From: an uncultured Bacteroidales bacterium
Lineage (GTDB): Bacteria; Bacteroidota; Bacteroidia; Bacteroidales; VadinHA17
NCBI GenBank assembly: GCA_963743775.1
Contig: CAVURA010000008.1
Coordinates: forward strand, 197,152 to 261,151
Reading direction: 5' to 3'
Length of the DNA: 64,000 bases
The position numbers were made by a program, and so were the translations under genes. The notes under the pieces are model-generated. The model was not told where the DNA came from. It saw only the letters and a program-made list of their open reading frames with translations, and ran no database searches. Each line of letters begins with the position of its first letter. Within the stretch, counting starts at the first letter, position 1. This document shows, in pieces, positions 30,389 to 38,750 of the stretch.

Positions 30389-33300
30389 TTGCTTGCACTG
30401 TTTGTGTTTACGGGCTTCTCAGCCCTGATGGCTCAGACGGTGACAATTAAAGGTACTGTTACTTCAGTAGACGATGGGGTTCCCATTCCAAGTGCTTCTG
30501 TAACAGTTCCAGGTACCACACTCGGTACCCTGACGGATGGTGCTGGTAAATATTCCATCACTGTCCCTGTCTCATCAAAAACCCTCACCTTCACTTTTGT
30601 CGGGATGAAGATTCAGTCAGAAGAGATTAGTGCAAGGACAACCATTGACGTTGCGATGGCCACTGACATGGTTGGTTTGGATGAAGTGGTTGTGACCGCC
30701 CTGGGTATAACAAGGGATAAGAAAGCCCTTGGTTACTCAGTTCAGGAAGTGAGCGGCGATAATATCAGTAAAACCAAGGAATCAAACTTTGTGAACTCAC
30801 TTTCAGGCAAAGTTGCAGGTGTTCAGATCACGCAATCAAATACGATGGGTGGATCTGCGAACGTTCTTATAAGGGGTCATAAATCCCTTATGAGCAATAA
30901 CCAGGCACTCTTTGTAGTCGATGGTATACCTCTGGATAACAGTATTACAAACAGCCAGAGTCAAATTGAAGGCGGTGGAGGCTACGACTACGGTAATGCT
31001 GCTTCCGATATCAACCCTGAAGATATTGAGTCAATGTCGGTTCTTAAGGGCGCGGCTGCCGCTGCACTGTATGGTTCACGTGCTACCAATGGCGTCATAA
31101 TGATTACCACCAAGAAAGGGGCTTCCAGAAAAGGCATTGGTGTGACACTTAGTGCAGGTCTAATGTTCAGCCAGATCGATAAGGCAACTCTGCCAAAAAT
31201 GCAGAAAGAGTACGGAGGCGGTTATGGTGCGTATTACGAAGATCCAACCGGATACTTCTTTTATTCTGACCTCGACGGCGACGGAACAGAAGATCTTATT
31301 GTACCAACGTCAGAAGATGCTTCGTGGGGTGCAAAATTTGACCCCAACCTGATGGTATTTGACTGGGTTAGTCTTGAACCGACTGATACCGAAAACTATC
31401 TGAAAAAAACACCATGGGTGGCTGCCAAGCATGACCTCGCTGATTTCTTTGAAACAGGTGTAAAACAAAATTACAACGTCGCTTTTGATGGCGGGAATGA
31501 CAAGGGCACCTTCAGATTATCATACACTAATCTCACTGAAAAGGGTATTATGCCGAACAGTGAGCTCAAAAAGAACTCAATAAACTTTGCCGGATCGTAC
31601 AAGCTGAGTGAAAGGCTTACAGCAGATGCCAATGTTACTTATATAAACGATAAGAATAAAGGCCGTTACGGTACCGGTTATGATCCGGGTAACCCCATGC
31701 AATCACTCGCCCAGTGGTTCCAGGCAAACGTCGATATTTATGACCTGAGAGACTATTGGATCACTCCTGACCGCAGGCAGAGAACCTGGAACTATGCTTA
31801 TTATGATGATCTGGAAATTCCGATTTATCATAACAACATCTACTGGACCCGTAATATGAACTTTCAAAATGACGGCAGGGACAGGGTGTTCGGATATGGG
31901 ATGGTTCATTACATACTTACCCCCTGGCTTACTCTTGAAGGCCGTGCATCAACTGATACCTATTCTGAATACCAGGAAGAAAGAGTAGCTGTTTACAGCA
32001 ACCAGACATCCGAATACAACAAATTCCTGAGAACCTTCAACGAGACCAACTTTGATCTGATGGCAAAATTTAACAAATCATTTGATAACTTCTCCGTCAA
32101 TGGCCTGGTTGGTGCAACTTCAAGAAAAACATCCGCCAAATCAACCTATGGAGAAACTGTAGGCGGGTTACTTATCCCTGAGTTTTACAACCTTATGAAC
32201 TCATCATCTCCTATTCAAACCACGGAGACTGAAAGGCTATCGGGAGTTAACAGCTTATATGGAAGCATTTCTCTCGGATACAAAAACCTTCTATATGTTG
32301 ATGTTACCGGGCGTAATGACGTTTCTTCGACTCTTCCGGATAAGAACAACAGTTATTTTTATCCTTCAGTTTCAACCAGTTTTATTCTTTCTGAACTGCC
32401 GGGCCTTAAAGGATCAAAGGTATTCTCATTCATTAAACTCAGGTTGAACTACGCTGAAGTTGGCAGCGATGCTCCCGTCTACAGCCTGAATTCAACATAT
32501 GTTCAGGATGCTAACTGGGGAACACGTGGTGTATTCCGTAATAACCCGGTTTTATTAAATCCTGACCTGAAGCCCGAGAGAACCAAAAGTATGGAAGCTG
32601 GTCTGGAGACAAAATTCTTCAATAACAGATTCGGATTTGATCTGTCTCTGTACAAGACAAACTCGGTTGACCAGATCATGCCTGTGAACATAACAATTGC
32701 CTCAGGGTTCGATCAGAGATATGTTAACTCAGGTGAAATAGAGAACAAGGGAATTGAGCTTGCTCTGAACGCCACAGTTATCAGGACGAAGGATTTTACA
32801 TGGGATATGCAGGTGAACTGGTTCAGGAACAAGAATACTGTAATCAGTCTTTATGAAGGCGTTGATAATATCCTGCTGAATTCAGTATGGGATGTAAGCA
32901 CCAACATCGTCAAGGGTATGTCATACGGTCAGCTTCGCGGAATTGATTTTGTATATACAAATGGCAAGAGGACAGTAGGATCCGATGGGTACTACTTGAT
33001 GGGCGAGGAGACAGATGCACTTCTCGGGTCAGTACTTCCAGAGTGGAATGCAGGTATAACAACAGTATTTAACTACAAAGGTTTTGTTCTTTCAGGACTT
33101 GTTGATATTTCACAGGGAGGAAGCCTCTATTCAGTTGATATGAAGTATGGTCTTGCCACAGGTATTTTTGCTGAAACAGCAGGACTGAATGCAAAAGGCA
33201 ATCCTATCAGGGATCCTGTTGAAGACGGTGGAGGTATGATCTTCGATGATGCCGTTTATGAAGACGGTACACCGAATACAACATACATCTGGGCAGGTGA

Positions 33301-33598
33301 CTGGGACAGCGGTTGGAATTATGGCACACTCCCGACTGCTTACAGCGTTTATGATGCCTCCTATGTAAAACTCAGGGAGGTTTCATTCGGATACTCACTT
33401 CCCGGTAAGCTTCTTTCAAAAAGTCCGGTTTCTAAAGTTATGATCTCATTAGTGGGAAGAAACCTCTGGCTGATCCACAAAAATATGCCGTATTATGATC
33501 CTGAACTCAGCCTCAGCGCTGGTAATATTCAGGGTATAGCTGATGGTGCATATCCTTCAACAAGAACCATAGGGTTTAACTTAACGGTAGGATTCTAA
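30389..33598 (+). CDS. SusC/RagA-family TonB-dependent outer-membrane transporter (second pair); start codon uncertain
   Basis: It has a CarboxypepD_reg domain (TVTIKGTVTSVDDGVPIPSASVTVPGT), the plug motif AAAALYGSRATNGVIMITTKKG and the C-terminus GFNLTVGF. The track start is TTG at 30389, but the frame is open from 30368 and ATA at 30371 would give a better signal peptide. Confidence 0.9.
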   Translation: MLALFVFTGFSALMAQTVTIKGTVTSVDDGVPIPSASVTVPGTTLGTLTDGAGKYSITVPVSSKTLTFTFVGMKIQSEEISARTTIDVAMATDMVGLDEVVVTALGITRDKKALGYSVQEVSGDNISKTKESNFVNSLSGKVAGVQITQSNTMGGSANVLIRGHKSLMSNNQALFVVDGIPLDNSITNSQSQIEGGGGYDYGNAASDINPEDIESMSVLKGAAAAALYGSRATNGVIMITTKKGASRKGIGVTLSAGLMFSQIDKATLPKMQKEYGGGYGAYYEDPTGYFFYSDLDGDGTEDLIVPTSEDASWGAKFDPNLMVFDWVSLEPTDTENYLKKTPWVAAKHDLADFFETGVKQNYNVAFDGGNDKGTFRLSYTNLTEKGIMPNSELKKNSINFAGSYKLSERLTADANVTYINDKNKGRYGTGYDPGNPMQSLAQWFQANVDIYDLRDYWITPDRRQRTWNYAYYDDLEIPIYHNNIYWTRNMNFQNDGRDRVFGYGMVHYILTPWLTLEGRASTDTYSEYQEERVAVYSNQTSEYNKFLRTFNETNFDLMAKFNKSFDNFSVNGLVGATSRKTSAKSTYGETVGGLLIPEFYNLMNSSSPIQTTETERLSGVNSLYGSISLGYKNLLYVDVTGRNDVSSTLPDKNNSYFYPSVSTSFILSELPGLKGSKVFSFIKLRLNYAEVGSDAPVYSLNSTYVQDANWGTRGVFRNNPVLLNPDLKPERTKSMEAGLETKFFNNRFGFDLSLYKTNSVDQIMPVNITIASGFDQRYVNSGEIENKGIELALNATVIRTKDFTWDMQVNWFRNKNTVISLYEGVDNILLNSVWDVSTNIVKGMSYGQLRGIDFVYTNGKRTVGSDGYYLMGEETDALLGSVLPEWNAGITTVFNYKGFVLSGLVDISQGGSLYSVDMKYGLATGIFAETAGLNAKGNPIRDPVEDGGGMIFDDAVYEDGTPNTTYIWAGDWDSGWNYGTLPTAYSVYDASYVKLREVSFGYSLPGKLLSKSPVSKVMISLVGRNLWLIHKNMPYYDPELSLSAGNIQGIADGAYPSTRTIGFNLTVGF

Positions 33599-33618
33599 AC
33601 GCATTAAATAGAAAGATC

Positions 33619-35070
33619 ATGAAAAATAAAACTTTATATGGCTTATTTCTCATCCTGGCTGTTTTTGTGACTTCTTGCGAATTGCCGGACAACATCGATC
33701 CTAAAAACGCGAAAACTGTCTCGCCAAACGCATTATTCACACAGGCTGAGTATGCACTGTTTCAACAGGTAGCAGAGTTGGATTACAACCTGAATTGTTC
33801 AAGGTTCCTGGCTCAATATTTATCTGAGGTTACTTACACCAACGAAACCCGATACAATTTCTCTGACAGACAGGTCCCGGATAACTTCTCCGGAATATTA
33901 TACAGGGACGCGCTGTTTAACCTTAAAGACTGCGGACAGCAGATTGCGGCAAAAGCAATAACTCCCAGTTTCACCGAAGGAATACAGAAAAATCAGCTTA
34001 CAATAATCAACTTGCTGGAAATATATGCTTATCATGTGCTGGTTGACCAGTTTGGTGATACTCCTTATTCCGAAGCTCTGATGGGTGCCGAGAACAGCCG
34101 TCCGGCATATGACGATGCCCTGACGATCTACCAGGATCTGATCACCCGTCTGAATACGGTGATTACTGATCTTGATGACACCTTCAGTGGGTTTGGTGAT
34201 GCTGATATACTCTATAATGACGATATAGTTTTATGGAAGAAATTTGCAGCATCTCTTAAACTGAGAATTGCCCTGAGGATGGCTGATGTGCCCTCAATGA
34301 ATTCAAGCGCATTGGTGTCCCAGGCTCTCTCAGCAGGAGTATTCACCGATCAGTCGGAAAGTGCTATTTTCCACTTTTACGGTATTGCCCCTTATGTCAA
34401 CCCGTATTATCAGGCATTTGTTCTTAATGCACGTAAGGATTTCTGCCCGACAAATACAATCATTGACATGATGAATACACTAAACGACCCGCGCCGTGCG
34501 ATCTGGTTTACTGAGTACCCTGCCGGAACCTATACAGGCTTGCCTTATGGTAAATCTGGTTCGAGCAGTTACAGTAAATTTTCTCACATAGCTGACAATA
34601 TCAGAATAGATCCTGAGTATCCGGCTGTTGTGATGGATTATGTCGAAGTTGAGTTTCTGCTTGCTGAAGCTGCTGCAAGAAATCTGGGCGGTGTGACAGG
34701 TGCTGCAACACATTACAATAATGCTATCCTGGCAAGCATGGCTTACTGGGGTGTTTCTGATGCCGATGCCGCTACCTACCTTGCCCGCCCTGATGTTGCC
34801 TATGCAACTGCTACAGGGACTTACAAGCAGAAGATCGGAACGCAGAAATGGCTTGGTCTCTTTGACAGGGGTGTCGAAGGATGGGCTGAATGGAGAAGAC
34901 TGGATTTCCCGATCTTAACTGTTCCGCCCGGATTGACTTATGCTGATATTCCGGTCAGGATGCCTTATCCCTTTAATGAAAATAAAATGAATAAGGTAAA
35001 CTATGAAGCTGCATCAGCTGCTATTGGCGGCGATGAAGTTTCCACCAAATTATTCTGGGACCTGTTCTAG
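33619..35070 (+). CDS. SusD/RagB-family lipoprotein (short, about 480-aa subtype)
   Basis: It lies 20 nt downstream of SusC. The lipobox is VTSCEL. It has helical repeats and the C-terminal block QKWLGLFDRGVEGWAEWRRLDFP. Confidence 0.8.
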   Translation: MKNKTLYGLFLILAVFVTSCELPDNIDPKNAKTVSPNALFTQAEYALFQQVAELDYNLNCSRFLAQYLSEVTYTNETRYNFSDRQVPDNFSGILYRDALFNLKDCGQQIAAKAITPSFTEGIQKNQLTIINLLEIYAYHVLVDQFGDTPYSEALMGAENSRPAYDDALTIYQDLITRLNTVITDLDDTFSGFGDADILYNDDIVLWKKFAASLKLRIALRMADVPSMNSSALVSQALSAGVFTDQSESAIFHFYGIAPYVNPYYQAFVLNARKDFCPTNTIIDMMNTLNDPRRAIWFTEYPAGTYTGLPYGKSGSSSYSKFSHIADNIRIDPEYPAVVMDYVEVEFLLAEAAARNLGGVTGAATHYNNAILASMAYWGVSDADAATYLARPDVAYATATGTYKQKIGTQKWLGLFDRGVEGWAEWRRLDFPILTVPPGLTYADIPVRMPYPFNENKMNKVNYEAASAAIGGDEVSTKLFWDLF

Positions 35071-35121
35071 GAATATGCTAATGTAGAGACTTTAATTTCT
35101 CAACTGTCATTAAGTAAATGA

Positions 35122-35158
35122 AAAGAGGAGGTCTCAGAAGATCTCCTCTTTCTATTTT
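35122..35158 (+). terminator. Rho-independent terminator-like hairpin after the SusC/SusD pair
   Basis: aaagaggaggtct (35122-35134) pairs with agatctcctcttt (35139-35151) with one mismatch. The loop is caga (4 nt) and T-rich sequence (ctatttta) follows. It lies 52 nt downstream of the SusD stop. Confidence 0.6.
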
Positions 35159-35193
35159 ATATATAACTTTACATTGAATAAAACCATCAGAAA

Positions 35194-35880
35194 ATGAGGA
35201 AGTTCATTCTATTTGTATTAATGCTGCCTGTATCTTCATTATTCACGGTTATCTTTTCACAAACCAGTTGCAAAGTTCTAATTCCGGCGATAAGTGACAG
35301 TTATACAGGTACTTGTAAGCAAGGTTTAGCTGACGGTAAGGGCGAAGCATTTGGCGTTGACCAGTATAAGGGAGATTTCAAAAAGGGGCTGCCTAATGGC
35401 AAGGGGACATATATCTGGCAAGCTGGTCCTAAATATGAGGGCTCATGGAAGAACGGCATGAGAGACGGTGATGGAAAATACTCATTTAAATATGATGGCA
35501 GGGACTCGGTCCTCGCCGGAATTTGGAAGGAAGATAAATATGTGGGAATGAAGACGGTGGCACCTTATGTTGTACAGTATCTCAGTGGTATCTCGAGAGT
35601 TTCCTGTATCAGGGCCGGTGAGGTTCCATACGTAAATTATAAATTTTCCCGGTCTGGAGGCAAAGCGGAAGAGAACGACATTATGAATCTGACCTTTCAG
35701 GGAAGCACAGGACAGGAAAGTACTCAGTCTAATTTTGTTGGTTTTGAACAGGTGACATTCCCATTTGAAGGGAAAGTAAGATTTGAGGCTCCAAATACTC
35801 TCAACACAGCCACAGTTAATTGTGAACTAAGGCTTTTAATCAACCAGCCAGGTTCCTGGACTGTCACTATTAATTTCTGA
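35194..35880 (+). CDS. Secreted MORN-repeat protein
   Basis: A signal peptide is present. There are at least 3 consecutive MORN-type repeats (YTGTCKQGLADGKGEA, YKGDFKKGLPNGKGTY, YEGSWKNGMRDGDGKY), then an unassigned C-terminal half. Confidence 0.7.
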   Translation: MRKFILFVLMLPVSSLFTVIFSQTSCKVLIPAISDSYTGTCKQGLADGKGEAFGVDQYKGDFKKGLPNGKGTYIWQAGPKYEGSWKNGMRDGDGKYSFKYDGRDSVLAGIWKEDKYVGMKTVAPYVVQYLSGISRVSCIRAGEVPYVNYKFSRSGGKAEENDIMNLTFQGSTGQESTQSNFVGFEQVTFPFEGKVRFEAPNTLNTATVNCELRLLINQPGSWTVTINF

Positions 35881-35881
35881 T

Positions 35882-37303
35882 CTAAAGTCCCTTCCCTTTA
35901 ATTATCGTGCCCAGGGTATAGAAAATAATTTTCAGGTCAAGGTACAAAGATATATTCTCAAGATAGAGAAGGTCATAGTCCAGTCTCTCAAGCATTTTAT
36001 TCACATCCGAAGCGTATCCCAGTTTCACCTGCCCCCAGCAGGTGATACCGGGCTTGACTGATAATACCCTGTTGTAATGAGGGGCTTTCTGAAGTATCTG
36101 TTCAATATAATGCCTGCGTTCGGGTCTGGGCCCGACAAGCGACATTTCTCCCTTCAGGATATTTATGAAATTGGGTATTTCGTCAAGCCGGTGTTTTCTC
36201 ATGAACCTGCCAACATTGGTGATGCGTTTATCTCCTCTGACAGCAAGCTGCGGTCCGTCAGACTCGGCATCATTATCCATAGACCTGAACTTATAGATCA
36301 TGAACGGTTTACCGTGCCGCCCCACCCGCTTCTGACTGAAGATCACCGGCCCTTTGCCTGAAGTTTTTATCAGCAGTGCAAACACGCCCATCAGTGGTGA
36401 TAGCACAATCAGCGCCAGGGCTGAGAGGAAATAGTCCAGCAAAACCTTTATCATATACTGCCAGTGCGGCATTGCCCTGTAGGATACCCTGAGAAGTGGT
36501 GTTGCATAGATAGGGCCTGCTTCCACGTGTCCGGAAATAACCTGCCTCATTGAAGGCACTGCCTTGACCAGTACATCGCGGTAGCAAATGTTATTGACGA
36601 GTCCTTCAACATGGTCATATTCATTCTCTTCGAGTGCGAGGATTATCTCTTCGATCTCCTGCTCCCCGATGACTTTAATGACATCATTCTTTGTTCCAAG
36701 CCAGGGCACTTCACCGGCTAGCGGACTGCCTTCAGAACTGTCCAGGCTGATGTATCCCGAGATAAGATTGCCTGCCGGCATCTTTTCATTCTTAATATTG
36801 TTGATGAGCCTGGCAGCTTTGCCGTTACTGCCGATGATCAGTGTCCGGAATCCTGCTACCCTCCTGTGAATCCTGCCCGATACCATCGAAGTTATCGCGA
36901 ATCGCGGAAACCAGGTGAGTATGAATTCCAGTAAAAAGAGAACAGTAAATGATTTATAATAGGTTGAGTAGTGACCGACAGCATCATCCAGTATCAGGGC
37001 AAAAAACAGCGCAACCACGGCTGCCAGGGTTACTGCGAATGATTTACCGAATTCAAGCAGCCTCGATCTCCGCAGGGGATCGTAATAAAATCCTGCCAGG
37101 GCATAGACCGCAAGGAAAAACAGCGGTATAAGAAGGATGCCCAGGTAGAATTTGTTACCCAGCTCCATCCTGAAATAATCGCCGTATAACTGTGTCTCAA
37201 TAAAGTACTTGCGGAAGAGGTAAAAAAGGCTCCATGCAACAGCTGAACCAATGAAATCGGCAACAATATATGACGCAGTGATCCGGCGGGCAAATTTTTT
37301 CAT
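35882..37303 (-). CDS. Polyprenyl-phosphate glycosyl-1-phosphate transferase (WbaP/bacterial sugar transferase family)
   Basis: It has 4-5 N-terminal TM helices, a central Rossmann-like region and a C-terminal sugar-transferase domain (PVIFSQKRVGRHGKPFMIYKFRSM, LVGPRPE, KPGITCWGQV). Confidence 0.85.
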   Translation of the reverse strand: MKKFARRITASYIVADFIGSAVAWSLFYLFRKYFIETQLYGDYFRMELGNKFYLGILLIPLFFLAVYALAGFYYDPLRRSRLLEFGKSFAVTLAAVVALFFALILDDAVGHYSTYYKSFTVLFLLEFILTWFPRFAITSMVSGRIHRRVAGFRTLIIGSNGKAARLINNIKNEKMPAGNLISGYISLDSSEGSPLAGEVPWLGTKNDVIKVIGEQEIEEIILALEENEYDHVEGLVNNICYRDVLVKAVPSMRQVISGHVEAGPIYATPLLRVSYRAMPHWQYMIKVLLDYFLSALALIVLSPLMGVFALLIKTSGKGPVIFSQKRVGRHGKPFMIYKFRSMDNDAESDGPQLAVRGDKRITNVGRFMRKHRLDEIPNFINILKGEMSLVGPRPERRHYIEQILQKAPHYNRVLSVKPGITCWGQVKLGYASDVNKMLERLDYDLLYLENISLYLDLKIIFYTLGTIIKGKGL

Positions 37304-37320
37304 CGGTAATCGCGAGGGTA

Positions 37321-38025
37321 ATGCAAAGATATCTGTTATTTTTAGATCAAAATCATGCAGTGATGATTGAGGAGTCGTTTGAAGCCAAAGGGAAGAGGAA
37401 GAGGCTTATTGAAGAGCTGCGGAGCAAGGGGATCACTGACGAAAATGTTCTCGGGGCCATTGGCAGGGTACCGCGTCATATCTTCATGGATGACGCTTTC
37501 ATGAAACATGCGTACCAGGATAAGGCGTTTCCCATTGCAGCAGGGCAGACGATATCACAGCCATATACGGTAGCCATACAGACAATGCTGCTAAATGTGG
37601 GAAAACGTGACCACGTGCTGGAGGTTGGCACCGGATCAGGCTACCAGGCTGCCGTGCTGGCCGAGATGGGGGTAAAGGTCTATACAATCGAGCGTCAGAG
37701 GGAGCTGTTTCGCAAAGCACAGACGCTGCTCAGCTCAATGGGTTACAGGATACAGTTTTTTCTCGGTGACGGTTACGAGGGACAGCCGCAGTATGGCCCT
37801 TACGACGGCATCATCATCACAGCAGCGACAGCAGAGGTGCCAGACAAGCTACTGAAGCAGCTCCGCATAGGGGGGCGACTCGTCGTACCGCGCGGCGATC
37901 GTGATACCCAGGTGATGACGCTCTATACAAGACGCGGAGAGGATGATTATGAAATTACCACCCACGGCTATTTCGTTTTTGTGCCAATGCTGAAAGGCAT
38001 CGCCAACGGCGGCGAAAAAGAGTAA
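37321..38025 (+). CDS. pcm: Protein-L-isoaspartate O-methyltransferase
   Basis: GQTISQPYTVA, VLEVGTGSGYQAAVLA and GGRLVVP are present. The true start may be the ATG at 37363 (MIEESFEAKG...), since only 17 nt separate 37321 from the divergent gene. Confidence 0.9.
   Translation: MQRYLLFLDQNHAVMIEESFEAKGKRKRLIEELRSKGITDENVLGAIGRVPRHIFMDDAFMKHAYQDKAFPIAAGQTISQPYTVAIQTMLLNVGKRDHVLEVGTGSGYQAAVLAEMGVKVYTIERQRELFRKAQTLLSSMGYRIQFFLGDGYEGQPQYGPYDGIIITAATAEVPDKLLKQLRIGGRLVVPRGDRDTQVMTLYTRRGEDDYEITTHGYFVFVPMLKGIANGGEKE
37324..37331 (-). promoter_or_regulatory. Bacteroidota -7 promoter box TATCTTTG (minus strand)
   Basis: Plus-strand caaagata is the reverse complement of TATCTTTG. It lies 20 nt upstream of the sugar-transferase ATG (37303) and inside the first codons of the long pcm ORF. 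Confidence 0.4.
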
Positions 38026-38029
38026 AAGG

Positions 38030-38665
38030 ATGAAAATATATAAAGAGGTATTCTCGCCAATAGATGTCAATACCTATATTGTTACCGGTGATGACACTTC
38101 CTGCGTGGTCATCGATTGCGGCTGTTACGGCAAGACGGAAGAGAAGAGGCTGGTTGACCTGCTCTCTTCTCTGAAACTTGAGCCCGTTCTGCTGCTTAAC
38201 ACCCACTGCCATCTTGACCATTTATTCGGCAACGCTGTTATGCTTGAGAAGTACGGTTTAAGGTCATGGTTCCACCAGGGAGAGAAATACAATCACCTCA
38301 CCTCGCCAAAGCATGCACTGATGTTCGGTCTTACCATGGAGCCTCCTCCTGAGCCTGCAGGATACCTGTCAGACGAAGAAATCCTGACCTCTGCTGGACT
38401 GGATCTGGAGGTAATTGCCGTGCCGGGTCATTCAGCAGGAGGTGTTGCATTTTATTCGAAAGAAAACGGGGTAATCTTTACCGGCGATGCACTCTTTGCA
38501 GGAAGTATAGGGCGTTCCGATCTGCCCGGAGGCAACCACCAGCAACTCCTGGATAACATCCGGAACAGGCTTTTCACGCTGCCTCCCGAAACAGTCGTTT
38601 ACGCGGGTCATGGTCCAGAGACAACAATTGGAGAAGAAATAAGGAGCAATCCATTTTTCTCATAA
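38030..38665 (+). CDS. MBL-fold metallo-hydrolase (glyoxalase II-like)
   Basis: It has the HxHxDH motif (NTHCHLDH), PGHSAGG and GDALFAGSIGRSDL. Confidence 0.8.
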   Translation: MKIYKEVFSPIDVNTYIVTGDDTSCVVIDCGCYGKTEEKRLVDLLSSLKLEPVLLLNTHCHLDHLFGNAVMLEKYGLRSWFHQGEKYNHLTSPKHALMFGLTMEPPPEPAGYLSDEEILTSAGLDLEVIAVPGHSAGGVAFYSKENGVIFTGDALFAGSIGRSDLPGGNHQQLLDNIRNRLFTLPPETVVYAGHGPETTIGEEIRSNPFFS

Positions 38666-38750
38666 ATCATGATGAAAATGCTTTTTTTTGTGTGCAGGTT
38701 TGTGCTAATTTCGCCCCGACCTTTTTACATGATTATAAACCATCTAAAAT

